IMG/VR virus record: IMGVR_UViG_3300020178_001420
Coordinates: 1 to 56,004 of that record
Length of the DNA stretch: 56,004 bases
Origin: a virus
Lineage: Duplodnaviria; Caudoviricetes
Reading direction: 5' to 3' (one strand)
Position 1 is the first letter of the stretch, and each line of letters begins with the position of its first letter. A program made the position numbers and the translations under genes. The notes beneath the pieces are model-generated. The model worked only from the letters and a program-made list of their open reading frames with translations. It did not search any database and had not been told where the DNA came from. This document shows positions 1 through 10,211 of the stretch, piece by piece.

Positions 1-463
1 TAGCGCTCAAATCACCTCTTTCCCCAACTGGATATCCAGCGTTGCCGTTTAAATCATTTACGTCCATACCATTAACCGTTGATGTGCTGTATAGCCTGGC
101 GCTGTATTCTCCGTCTAATGCGCTAATATCTGGCCAGCCGAAAACATGTTCTTGCTGTTCTCCCATTTCAAAATCAAAATTCTGTTGGTTTTGGCTCCAA
201 GCTTCTGTTTGTGGATAAAATCGATTATTCGCAAATGTGCTCCATGAACCATCAGCGTATGGCCAATTCTGCAACCTTAAAGCTATAGCTTTAAATGGAG
301 CCATGCAAAATCTTCTGTAGCCTGGCCAACTAAATGTAGAATGAGAATCTTCTGATTGTGTTTGTCCAAACCTTACATCAATAGCATTTGAAGATTCTCC
401 ATCTCCTCTATCAGCATAGTCGCTCCCCAGAAATCCATGCCAAACAATATCATCAAAAGGCAT
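1..463 (-). CDS. Hypothetical protein, probably virion-associated (partial, runs off left edge)
   Basis: Manual translation from ATG at 463 (MPFDDIVWHGFLGSDYADRGDG...) stays open to base 1. It follows the tail fibre gene on the same strand and is missing from the ORF track because it is truncated. Confidence 0.75.
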   Translation of the reverse strand, partial: MPFDDIVWHGFLGSDYADRGDGESSNAIDVRFGQTQSEDSHSTFSWPGYRRFCMAPFKAIALRLQNWPYADGSWSTFANNRFYPQTEAWSQNQQNFDFEMGEQQEHVFGWPDISALDGEYSARLYSTSTVNGMDVNDLNGNAGYPVGERGDLSA

Positions 464-475
464 TTTTAAAACTTT

Positions 476-622
476 CTATCCTGTTTTATTGTTTTCAGAC
501 TTTTCTCTATCTTTTATTTCTTGTTCGAGAACTCTTATGTTATTATCTATTTTTTCTCTCTCCAAAATTAAATCGTAAAGTAAAGCTTTTATATTAATAA
601 TGTCTAAAGTTTTAATATTCAT
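476..622 (-). CDS. Small 48-aa coiled-coil protein downstream of the tail fibre
   Basis: Manual translation MNIKTLDIINIKALLYDLILEREKIDNNIRVLEQEIKDREKSENNKTG*. It fills the gap between two same-strand genes and is below the ORF-track cutoff. Confidence 0.6.
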   Translation of the reverse strand: MNIKTLDIINIKALLYDLILEREKIDNNIRVLEQEIKDREKSENNKTG

Positions 623-642
623 ATAACATTATTATAATATAT

Positions 643-3600
643 TTATTTTGAAAAAGTTCCATCTCTTTGTAAGTTTATTCTAAATCTTATGCTTGAGTTG
701 TTTCCTATTGCAGTTGGCCTAATAACAATATATGATTGAGCTGTATTTGCTTCTATAAATCTTGTAGCGCTTGAAAATGCAGTCCATCTTCCAGCCGTAG
801 TCCCCTGATATGTAGTAGCAGCTTCCACAGTTCCATTTATTGGAGTATAAGTGCTTCCAGCCTTAGTTTTACCTAATTGTATTGTACAATCGCCCGCATC
901 AGTCTCTAAATATATACCTTTAACTTCGTACCCTAATGTACTCTTAGCTATTATTGTATAATATTCATTTTCTATAGGATCTTTAATTTCTCCACAAATT
1001 TGTGTTTCAACTTTTTTTGCTATGCCTGTGGCGCTAGCACTATCTGTAGTAAAATTAGATATATAACTTCCTGCATTTAACCCCCTAAGGTAGAAACCTT
1101 TACCTTTACCTCTTGCATTTTCTATTGTTGTAAAATCTGAGCCATTAACATTGCTCGAACTAGCAATTCCTGTAATAGCTACATAATCATGTTGACCAGG
1201 AATCCATGACAAATATGTGCCCGCAGCATTTTGAAGAGTAAATGTCCCATCTGTTCCTATAAATACACCTGCTGTCGTACTGTCTTTTGTCTCTCTACTC
1301 GTATTTGTGTCTCTGTTGAATGTGCCAACCCATTGTTCTTCAAACCTTAAAGATCCTATGACTCCATCGCTACCTGTAATACTGCCTTTTATATAAGCAT
1401 CATTTGCATGTAAAGCTCCATGTCTACTGACATAAAATGGGTCAGTGTCTTTAGGTAGAGTGAACGCTGTTTCTGTTCCATTTATGTCACCATTGCTTTT
1501 ATATCGATAACTACCCACACTAATCTCACCTTGTTCAGATACTTTAAACCAAGGATCGTCTTGAGTTCCTTTACCCATCAATAAAGAAACTCCAGAAAAA
1601 TAACCTCCAGTTACAGAAAGACTATGAAAAAATCCTTTTCCATTGTTTTGTAATTTAAAACCAGCTTGACCCCCTCGATGTAAAAAACCTCTTGATTCGA
1701 TAGCTTCTGGATATATATATATAGCACCATTTGGGCTATTAGATACTCTAATCCCTTCGCCAACATCAACCGTACCTGTTACAGCAAGATCTCCAGATAT
1801 AACAGCATTCTTGGCTCTTAAATTACCATCGCTTGAAACATAGAAGTTATTGTGTTTGGGGATTAAGCTTGTGCCAATGCTCATTTCGCCTAAACTGTTA
1901 ACCCTAAAAAAGTCCCTAGTATTACAGCCGTCTCCAATGTGGAGACCCATTCTTCCAGATATTACTCCAGATCTTATATCTATACTTTTGAATATTGCAT
2001 GACCATCCCCTCTAATTCTCCAACCACCAGCATATGCACTTGGATTACATGGATCAATATCTTCATCAAACCCTTTTGTTTCAATTATACTTTTTTCGTC
2101 TTGCGGTCCATCTCCAAGTGTTATAGTTTTTCCAACCTCTAAAGAATCAGCTTTTGCAGTACCTAATATCCTAGCATCGGCAGCGAATAAAGTACCTTCA
2201 TTTGTAACTTTAAATTTAGCTTCATGCAATCTCCACCAATCTCTATATTTTGGGTATCCTCCAAGTTGTGTGTTTTCTGGGAAAATTTCTCTTGTACCAG
2301 TGGTTACAACTCCAGAAAGCCCGTATGTATTTCCTTGAATATCATAAAAATTAAAACCTACATATGCTTGAAAAGGTATCCCCAGTTTAACAGTAGCATA
2401 TCTACCATCAGTATGATTTATTGTTTCAATATTTTCTATAGCTCTAACTTCCCAACCTCTTAGAGAGCCCCTAATCCAATTTGTTTCCAGAAAAGCACCT
2501 CCATTTTGCAAAGCATTGAATTGGATTTTCTGTACATTAGAAAGATGATCTGTCTCTAATTGTACATATATAGATTCAGCCGCTTGGTCATCACTAGTAG
2601 TAGCTCGTAAATAATTTGGCACTTGACCTAATAGTCCAGAAACCCCTTGATCTCCCTTAAAGAATCCAGATATAGATTTATTTTGATTTCCTATGGTTAA
2701 GGTTCCTTCTGAATCCACACTTAAAGATGAAGATTTATTATCTCCTATCTCAATTGTTCCAGCGGTCATGTTTCCTCTTATTTCTAAGGTATTTGGATTA
2801 ACATTATTAAAATGAAATCCGTCTGGATCTTTCGAGAACGTGGGTTGCTTAAATTTTCCATTCGCCAATTTTTCACCCGTCCAAAATAAACCGAATCCTC
2901 GATCTCCATTTTGCCCTGGATCCCCAATCCTGAACATTTTATGATCCATAAATATCCCAGAACCTACAGTATATGCATATCGATCATCGTTTGAGGATCT
3001 AGCATAAACATTATCACTTAATATCCTTCCGCTCGGGTGGCCAAGTATTAGGGCATTAGTACTTATTTTGTCTGTTATTATTCTGCTAGCATAAATGTTG
3101 GTAATGTAATCTGCACTTATAGCCCCTCCAGTTATATAGCCTTGATTGTGGGGAACAGATCCATACTGCTCATTCACAAAAGAAGATTTTTGGGTTTCAG
3201 CTTTATTTGTAAAATAGTAATGGTGCTTGTCATTAGATACTCCAGAAACAAAATGCTCTCCAGTATTATTGGATCTATCTACTGTTTTTAATAAATAGTG
3301 ATAATATATAGATTGTTTTGGATCATTCTTATTGGGGAAACCTATTCCTGTTTCAATATCTGAATCAATATAAAAAGTAGACGCTGATAATTTATTTGCA
3401 TACTCGTTCGGATTGTCTTCAAAATATCCGCTAATATCTGATATCTTCCAGCAGTTTGTGTTTTTGTTTGAAGGTGACGCAACTCTACCCGTAGGTATTC
3501 CTGTTTTATATACTAAGACACTTTCTATATCAGAAGATATACCTGCACCCCAATCCCATTCTAGTATCGCCTGTTTTGGGCCAGATGTAATCTTAAAATT

Positions 3601-6600
3601 TTCTGGATTAATCGGTGGCGTAGTGTCTTTTGGCGTTAATATTGGATTATCTATTGAGCTTGTGTATATACTGTATTTTCCATCAAATTCATGTATCCTA
3701 GCTCTTAAATAATAATTTTTATTAGCTAATAAATTTGTAAATACCCCGCTCCCTGTATTGCCTACTCCATAAGTAACATCAGAAAATTGGGATCCTACAA
3801 TTTGTCTATATTGCGGGTCTGATGCTAAATCTACTTTGTAATATGCATGCTGATAATTTAATTCATCTTCGATTTTATATGATATAAAAGCATGTATAGA
3901 TCCATCTCCTTTATCATCATCCTGTAAACCTGATAAAGCTCTTATTTCGATTGGGGCTAATGCTTCTGTTAAACCTACAGATATCCTTTGGCCAAAATCT
4001 GCTATAGGATTATTTGTGGCCACACTAAAATCCCCTGTATTATTAGAAGTATCTACAGCTCTTAGCCAAAAATAATATTCCATATTTTCGTTTCTAGCAA
4101 AATCTTTCAACGGTATAATTTCCGAAGTGGATTTTGTTTGCTGATGAATCATTGTTCCTTCGCTTCTACCAGTATTATTTGCAAAACCAGAATATAACAC
4201 TATTCGATCTAAATCGAAGTCTCTTGGATTATCCCAAGATAGAAAAATGTTGTTTCCATTTTTCACTGAACTTACCCAGGTCGGCACACCTGGCTTAGTT
4301 TTGTCAGGTGGGGCATAAATATACGGAGAATTTATAATGCCTGGATTGTCAGAAAATTTTGCATTTGAAAGTGGTATGTCTTGCCCCCAGTTAGTTTCCA
4401 AAACATCCAAAAACACTCTTGTTTCTACTTCATATAATCTGTTGCCTTTAGCTTCAAATGAAAAATGACCTGAACCCATCCCTATTCTGCTTGGATCGTA
4501 AGAAGCCTTGTTTGTATCAATAAAAGATGAAATTGTCGTATCTTGGGTTTCTTGATATTTCGTTAAATAGTATTTAAATGATTCTTCATTTTGTATACTT
4601 CCTGAATAAAAAACATGAATCAAAGATCTTCCATCTGTAGTTAACTCTCCGCTTGTATGAACATTTGGCCCTGCTAGATTTGCATATCGGTATGTGTAAC
4701 CTGTATACATTCCAGTGTTATTAGATGTATCTACAGCTAAGGCATGAAAAGGGAAGCTAGTTTTTTCCCATGATTCCTTCCCCTTGTCTCTAAATGAGTC
4801 TATAGTAAAAGAAGGGAAATCGTCAGGCAAAACAGATGCAAATGGTGCTTGTATTGGTTCGTTCACTATTCTTGCATCTGCAGCGTTTTGCTCTTCTTCA
4901 CTCATTCCGAAATTTTCTTTTCCGTCACCTGTGAATAGTAATATTTTAGCTACATCATATTCTTTTGGCATATCCCAGGAAAATCTAAAATTAGAAAACT
5001 GTTTAGAGACTCTAAAATTTTCCAAAGGTGATGGAGGTATGTTATCTTGACCTAAAGTGGTTCTACTTTCTCCGTCTGGAGTGCTTCTTCCATCTACAGT
5101 AAAAGCTGATAATTTTCCTAAATAAGTGCTATTTGGCAAGACTTCTAAAATTTCTAAATGTCCCGATGTCCCAGCATTATATTTTGGATCAGCTACTGAT
5201 ATATCGGATTTTCTTATATTTATACTTTTCGAAGGGGTGCCATTTGTCTCATCATATATTTTTAATATATATCTGTCAAATGCTTTTGCCTCATGATAGC
5301 TTCCAGAATAAAATGCATGAAGTACTGGTCCAATATGGTATGAGTCTGTACCTCCTGCCACTTCTCTAATTTCTCCAGATAAATATAAAGAAGGTGGCAC
5401 TTTTAAATCAAATAAACTTAGCAAGTTACTATTCAACGGGTCACTTAAATTACTTGCATAATCAAAGGCTCTTAAATGAAAAGCTCCTGTTTCATTAAAG
5501 CTAATTCTGTTTCCATCATTATCCCTTATGGTTCCGTCTGAAGTGTCAGCTTCATATGTAAAATAAGTCGTATTAGGACCGTAAACCTCTGCAAATTCTG
5601 AACCCGCTTTTGGTTCAAAAAATTCATTCCCTTCTAGTTTCGTATCTTTTAGGTCTGTAAATTCAATATCTGGATTATTGCCTCCTAAATGTCCAGTATA
5701 TATTCTATATCCTGCCAAGTCTCTTGGTTTGTCTTCTTGACTCCATGCAAAGTTTAAAGAATTTGGGAATAGTGAGCTTATTTTAACCTTAAAGGTTTTT
5801 GGTTTTCCAGGTGGGACATTATCTACATTAGCTCTAAAAAACCCAATTTTATTTGCTGACCTTCCATATTTATTAGCCTCACACCATCTAAATTCATAAT
5901 AAGCATCTGGATTCGGAACTTCAAACTCTCCAGATAAAACATTGCCAGTTGTTAAACTTGAATAAGTTTCTCCAAAAACATCACAACCTTCTATTTTCAA
6001 TTCTCCCATTTCTTGGGGTTCTCTCGCTCGTCGAACTTCTATAGATTGATTAAAATTATCTTCTTCGAATCCTGGTATAGACACTTCTTTTCTAGTCTGT
6101 CCTCCAAATACCGCTTTCTTATTATCGGGCCCAAATTGCCCTCCGTCGCTTAAGTCTGCAGCCGAAGGATCATAAAGTATTTTGTATTGAGCACATCTTT
6201 CTCCACTCAATACATATTGTCCATTTTGCAATACATTTACTCCTCTATTTTTAGAAGATGATAGTCTTGAGAAATAGTCTTCTTTTATTTCTTGAACTCT
6301 AATCTCATACCTTCCATCCGCACTTCCTTGGTAATATGAAGCGTTTTGCATGGTATTATGAAAGTAATATCTAACTTTCGCTTTTGGCTCTCCTAAACTA
6401 TTTACATACCCAGAGGAAGTGAGTATTAAATCTACTGTATTTTCTCTAGGAAAACCAAAATGTATTATCTGTTCTTCTGTTTCTCCTTCATCTACTAATC
6501 CAGGGCCTCCTCCTCCTGCTCCTGGATTAGCATCTTCCGTATCAAAACTATCTCTAAACCCAGGTGATGTGAAAATTGGAGAATCATCATCTGCTATGTT

Positions 6601-9051
6601 AAATTTTCCAGAGTCATATTCCACCGCTGTTATGGAGTAAGTTCCATTATCGTTTTCTTGTTTAGCTACCAATTCATAGTTCTTACTATAGTTAAAAACT
6701 TCCCCAGCTTTGCTTTCTATATGTATTACATAAATGGTTCCAGGGATTATTTTATAAGGCCAATTTGATCGATCATCACCCTCAATCATGGTTCTTAAAA
6801 CACCAGTTGACAAAAAGTAATCATTTAATGTAGCAAACCCTGCGCCGCCTGCCATTAAATCCCTATTCTCTTTTGGTTGAGCTACAACCAAAGGCTCATC
6901 CGCATTTGTTTTAATAATTGTTCCAGATGTTGAGTGTCCAAAATAATTATTAATTGAATTGTTATCCGATGTATCTGAATTAATTGGTATTTTCGCAAAG
7001 CTCCTGCTTCCTGCATCTAAACCAGCTGTTATATTATAACCATTTCTGTGTATAAAATCTGAATATGAATTTTCTTTAAAATCTTCCTCATCTTCCCTTG
7101 GGATTAAAAAACTTATTTTGTTTATATTGTAATCTCCAGTTGGAATTTGCCTATCCAGTACAATAAAATTGTCTTCTATATTGGGTTTATTATCTTCTAT
7201 ATGTCTAACTCTTCCCCCAATTATAAATCCATTTTTTAGTTCATCTTTTACTGAGAAAATATCTCCAGGCATTAGTCTTTCCGCATCTCGAAAGGCAGCA
7301 AAAGAAATTTGCTCCTCCTCTCTATTTGAGCTTAATAATATCCATCTTGCTACTCTTTTAGCTTGATCTCTAGATGTACAACCGACAGCAGTAATTTCTT
7401 TTTCAAGCAAGCCGTATCGAATTATCCCTTCAGGGTCCTCCAAATATTCATATCTGGGTAGAAAAGAGTTCTCTTTATCCTTATATGCTACTTTTACTGC
7501 TGTAAATTTAGTATGTTTAGGGGTTCCCCCGTAACTAAACATACCTTCAGCCACACTATCATTCGTGAATGTTGCTATGCTTTCCTTGGGAGCGTTTAAA
7601 GCTACGAAAACAGCCAAATTATTAAAATAGACCATTCCTCTGAAAATGCTAGCAATTTCTTTTACCGCTTGATAAGCTTCCATAGAATTTGATAACATTA
7701 TATTGCAAGTATACCTTCTTTCTGTAACAAATGATGTTGATGATTTCTCTAAAGGTTTTGATGTGGTTACTATTTCATCGCAATATTTTGCTATTTTATA
7801 TAACTCCCATTTGTCAATATATATATCTTTTGTATATTCGCCAAGTCCATACCTATCATTTGTTATGATATCATAAAGAATCCATGCTGGGTTATCTGTC
7901 CACTCTAATTCGTCTTTAAATGTACCGTCCCAAATTCCTTCATGTCTTTCTTCGCTTGTATGTAAAGATCCTTTAGCATGCCCTTTATAAGCGTATGCTC
8001 TTTTTTTTGTAGGCCCTTCTGGGCCTTCAAGTTTTTCTACATAATTAGAAGGTACTTTTACTTTTTTTAGCTTTATATCGTATGACCTAGAAGGTATACC
8101 AGCAAAAGCTTCTGCAGACAAAACTGTTCCAACATAAGCAGAAGAAGGGTAAGATAAATTTACTTTTACAATTTCCGTAACACTATCTAATGCGACAGCA
8201 AACTTAGATTTAAAATTAAAAGACTCTTCTGTTGTATTTTGTATGTATACTTTTCTTGGCCTTGGCTTTCCTCCAGGCAGATCTTTTACATCTATTAGTT
8301 TTAAAAAAACATCTTCCTTGTATTCGCTTAGAGCTATACCTTTAATCTTTAAAAACACATTTCTTTCATTAAATCCATCGTCGCTAATTGGTAGAACTTC
8401 GTTTTCCGCCAAAGATCTATGAGCAACCCCAGAAATATCTCCCCATATATGAACTCCTCCATTATTGATAATATGTGACCCATCATCGTCTATTGCATAA
8501 CACATTGGTACTGAAATCGTCAACCCTAACCAATCTACATCGTTATCTATTACTGAGTGATTGGCTTGTGATTGTAGGGTGCTAGGTTGAACTGTTTGAT
8601 CTTCAAGTTTTATGCTATTGTTTAAAGGTATCCTTAAAGGTATCGTCTGTGAAGTGTAGGAAAAATCTTCCAGCCAATAGAAATTATCGTCTTGCTCTTG
8701 GTATAAAGGGGTTTGATTTTCTGTTCCTATTTTAAATCCTATATTTATATTTCTAAAATTATATTGCCCCCCTCCTGCGGTTCTTACATATTCTGTATTC
8801 TGTACGGGAACTTCATTTAGATATATAGCTTTTAATATATCTGTGCCTTCTACTTTTCCTCCAGTTGCATCACAAAAACCTTCTATCGGCCCTTCACATA
8901 TTAAATCTACAGTTTTAATAAATGACAAAGATTGTAGTTTTTCTTTATCTTCGTCCGAAGGAGTGTATACTTTTTCATTTCCGCGTCTTATTCTCCTAAA
9001 AAATATCCTAGGATCTGTGTCCGATGCATTCGCATGTATAGTGACAGCCAT
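643..9051 (-). CDS. Central tail fibre / tip attachment protein (lambda gpJ-like) with FN3 repeats
   Basis: gpJ hallmarks: DLICEGPIEG, IYLNEVPV, KVKVPSNY, WDGTFK..WTDNPAWILYD, RYGLG, GCTSRDQAKR. Follows L-K-I genes. FN3-like repeats and C-terminal F.V...G.L.A...I.G repeats. Confidence 0.92.
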   Translation of the reverse strand: MAVTIHANASDTDPRIFFRRIRRGNEKVYTPSDEDKEKLQSLSFIKTVDLICEGPIEGFCDATGGKVEGTDILKAIYLNEVPVQNTEYVRTAGGGQYNFRNINIGFKIGTENQTPLYQEQDDNFYWLEDFSYTSQTIPLRIPLNNSIKLEDQTVQPSTLQSQANHSVIDNDVDWLGLTISVPMCYAIDDDGSHIINNGGVHIWGDISGVAHRSLAENEVLPISDDGFNERNVFLKIKGIALSEYKEDVFLKLIDVKDLPGGKPRPRKVYIQNTTEESFNFKSKFAVALDSVTEIVKVNLSYPSSAYVGTVLSAEAFAGIPSRSYDIKLKKVKVPSNYVEKLEGPEGPTKKRAYAYKGHAKGSLHTSEERHEGIWDGTFKDELEWTDNPAWILYDIITNDRYGLGEYTKDIYIDKWELYKIAKYCDEIVTTSKPLEKSSTSFVTERRYTCNIMLSNSMEAYQAVKEIASIFRGMVYFNNLAVFVALNAPKESIATFTNDSVAEGMFSYGGTPKHTKFTAVKVAYKDKENSFLPRYEYLEDPEGIIRYGLLEKEITAVGCTSRDQAKRVARWILLSSNREEEQISFAAFRDAERLMPGDIFSVKDELKNGFIIGGRVRHIEDNKPNIEDNFIVLDRQIPTGDYNINKISFLIPREDEEDFKENSYSDFIHRNGYNITAGLDAGSRSFAKIPINSDTSDNNSINNYFGHSTSGTIIKTNADEPLVVAQPKENRDLMAGGAGFATLNDYFLSTGVLRTMIEGDDRSNWPYKIIPGTIYVIHIESKAGEVFNYSKNYELVAKQENDNGTYSITAVEYDSGKFNIADDDSPIFTSPGFRDSFDTEDANPGAGGGGPGLVDEGETEEQIIHFGFPRENTVDLILTSSGYVNSLGEPKAKVRYYFHNTMQNASYYQGSADGRYEIRVQEIKEDYFSRLSSSKNRGVNVLQNGQYVLSGERCAQYKILYDPSAADLSDGGQFGPDNKKAVFGGQTRKEVSIPGFEEDNFNQSIEVRRAREPQEMGELKIEGCDVFGETYSSLTTGNVLSGEFEVPNPDAYYEFRWCEANKYGRSANKIGFFRANVDNVPPGKPKTFKVKISSLFPNSLNFAWSQEDKPRDLAGYRIYTGHLGGNNPDIEFTDLKDTKLEGNEFFEPKAGSEFAEVYGPNTTYFTYEADTSDGTIRDNDGNRISFNETGAFHLRAFDYASNLSDPLNSNLLSLFDLKVPPSLYLSGEIREVAGGTDSYHIGPVLHAFYSGSYHEAKAFDRYILKIYDETNGTPSKSINIRKSDISVADPKYNAGTSGHLEILEVLPNSTYLGKLSAFTVDGRSTPDGESRTTLGQDNIPPSPLENFRVSKQFSNFRFSWDMPKEYDVAKILLFTGDGKENFGMSEEEQNAADARIVNEPIQAPFASVLPDDFPSFTIDSFRDKGKESWEKTSFPFHALAVDTSNNTGMYTGYTYRYANLAGPNVHTSGELTTDGRSLIHVFYSGSIQNEESFKYYLTKYQETQDTTISSFIDTNKASYDPSRIGMGSGHFSFEAKGNRLYEVETRVFLDVLETNWGQDIPLSNAKFSDNPGIINSPYIYAPPDKTKPGVPTWVSSVKNGNNIFLSWDNPRDFDLDRIVLYSGFANNTGRSEGTMIHQQTKSTSEIIPLKDFARNENMEYYFWLRAVDTSNNTGDFSVATNNPIADFGQRISVGLTEALAPIEIRALSGLQDDDKGDGSIHAFISYKIEDELNYQHAYYKVDLASDPQYRQIVGSQFSDVTYGVGNTGSGVFTNLLANKNYYLRARIHEFDGKYSIYTSSIDNPILTPKDTTPPINPENFKITSGPKQAILEWDWGAGISSDIESVLVYKTGIPTGRVASPSNKNTNCWKISDISGYFEDNPNEYANKLSASTFYIDSDIETGIGFPNKNDPKQSIYYHYLLKTVDRSNNTGEHFVSGVSNDKHHYYFTNKAETQKSSFVNEQYGSVPHNQGYITGGAISADYITNIYASRIITDKISTNALILGHPSGRILSDNVYARSSNDDRYAYTVGSGIFMDHKMFRIGDPGQNGDRGFGLFWTGEKLANGKFKQPTFSKDPDGFHFNNVNPNTLEIRGNMTAGTIEIGDNKSSSLSVDSEGTLTIGNQNKSISGFFKGDQGVSGLLGQVPNYLRATTSDDQAAESIYVQLETDHLSNVQKIQFNALQNGGAFLETNWIRGSLRGWEVRAIENIETINHTDGRYATVKLGIPFQAYVGFNFYDIQGNTYGLSGVVTTGTREIFPENTQLGGYPKYRDWWRLHEAKFKVTNEGTLFAADARILGTAKADSLEVGKTITLGDGPQDEKSIIETKGFDEDIDPCNPSAYAGGWRIRGDGHAIFKSIDIRSGVISGRMGLHIGDGCNTRDFFRVNSLGEMSIGTSLIPKHNNFYVSSDGNLRAKNAVISGDLAVTGTVDVGEGIRVSNSPNGAIYIYPEAIESRGFLHRGGQAGFKLQNNGKGFFHSLSVTGGYFSGVSLLMGKGTQDDPWFKVSEQGEISVGSYRYKSNGDINGTETAFTLPKDTDPFYVSRHGALHANDAYIKGSITGSDGVIGSLRFEEQWVGTFNRDTNTSRETKDSTTAGVFIGTDGTFTLQNAAGTYLSWIPGQHDYVAITGIASSSNVNGSDFTTIENARGKGKGFYLRGLNAGSYISNFTTDSASATGIAKKVETQICGEIKDPIENEYYTIIAKSTLGYEVKGIYLETDAGDCTIQLGKTKAGSTYTPINGTVEAATTYQGTTAGRWTAFSSATRFIEANTAQSYIVIRPTAIGNNSSIRFRINLQRDGTFSK

Positions 9052-9052
9052 G

Positions 9053-9817
9053 TTAACTCCTAAATAAATCTACATGCATTGCCCCAACCGTGTTTCCTTC
9101 ACTATCTATTTCAGTGTCAGAAACTTTATCAAAAGCAGCTGTTCTAGCATTTAATAAAGAAGAAGATACTACATGACTACCCACTCTCAATCGACCATAA
9201 CCAAGTGGCACTGGGACACCTTGTTGTACATTATTCATGGGTCGCTGGAAAGTATAAGATGTAGTTGACTTTAATGTCGGGGCAGCATCTTCTCCCAAAG
9301 TTGGAGGCTCTGGATCGTCTATTAATTCTTGTTTGAACCCTTCCAATAATGCCCAATTTCCATATTCATATGATAGATCTGATGCAAGATGAGATAGATT
9401 ACCAAAAAACCCACCAAAACTATCAAACCAACCATCTCCACCAGGATTAGCCCAATCTCCTAATTTATCAAATCCCCAACCTAAAGTTGATCCCGCAGCC
9501 CAGTCTCCTACACCGCCTCCCCCTGTTAAGCCGCCTTCAAACAGGCCTAAAATCATTTCAAATTTACCTCTTACTCGCGGGAAAATGTGTAAGCTTTTTT
9601 TCCCTTTTAATGATACTTTTATTTCTTCTTTTGCGCTTAAAGGCTTTCTATCTGCATATATTTTATATGTAATTTGCTCGTTTTCATATAAAAACCTTCT
9701 GAAATCTGGAAAGTTAGCATCTAATGCTCTTACTACTTCTTGAGTATTTTCAACACTTAAATTATGTTTTTTTCCAAATTTTTTACCTAAAATTCCATGT
9801 AAATTTACCTCAACCAT
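9053..9817 (-). CDS. Tail assembly protein I (ubiquitin-like N-terminus)
   Basis: VNLHGILGKKFG N-terminus and QGVPVPLGYGRLRVGS C-terminal motif typical of lambda gpI; lies between K and J. Confidence 0.88.
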   Translation of the reverse strand: MVEVNLHGILGKKFGKKHNLSVENTQEVVRALDANFPDFRRFLYENEQITYKIYADRKPLSAKEEIKVSLKGKKSLHIFPRVRGKFEMILGLFEGGLTGGGGVGDWAAGSTLGWGFDKLGDWANPGGDGWFDSFGGFFGNLSHLASDLSYEYGNWALLEGFKQELIDDPEPPTLGEDAAPTLKSTTSYTFQRPMNNVQQGVPVPLGYGRLRVGSHVVSSSLLNARTAAFDKVSDTEIDSEGNTVGAMHVDLFRS

Positions 9818-9832
9818 ACCTTTTTCCTATAC

Positions 9833-10210
9833 TCAAGTTACACATGATAAAGTTTTTTTCAGAGATTTTAAATGCTTGCAATCTTCAATTTCATTAATGT
9901 ATGTTTTTTTTGTTTCTTTTTCATACATCAAAAAAGGTATTTGCAGGTATTCTGAATTTAATAAATCATATTTTGATAATCCATTAGTTCCATATGGGTG
10001 CGAATGAAATATGCATACTATTTCTCCATTGTTGTGAATATCAATATAGTCTTTATCACATATAATAAATTCATGTTTTTTGTTATTTGCCATATTGATA
10101 CATTCTTTAAATAAAAATCTATTTTTTGATTTGTAAATAATTCCACACACTTCTTCGTCGCTATTCTCTGAAATTTTTATTATATATTTTATTATTTTTT
10201 CTAAAGACAT
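9833..10210 (-). CDS. Tail assembly protein K-like, JAB/MPN domain only
   Basis: EEVCG ... FHSHP...LSKYD JAMM motif; no NlpC/P60 domain. Likely start is the ATG at 10210, adjacent to the gpL stop. Confidence 0.87.
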   Translation of the reverse strand: MSLEKIIKYIIKISENSDEEVCGIIYKSKNRFLFKECINMANNKKHEFIICDKDYIDIHNNGEIVCIFHSHPYGTNGLSKYDLLNSEYLQIPFLMYEKETKKTYINEIEDCKHLKSLKKTLSCVT

Positions 10211-10211
10211 C

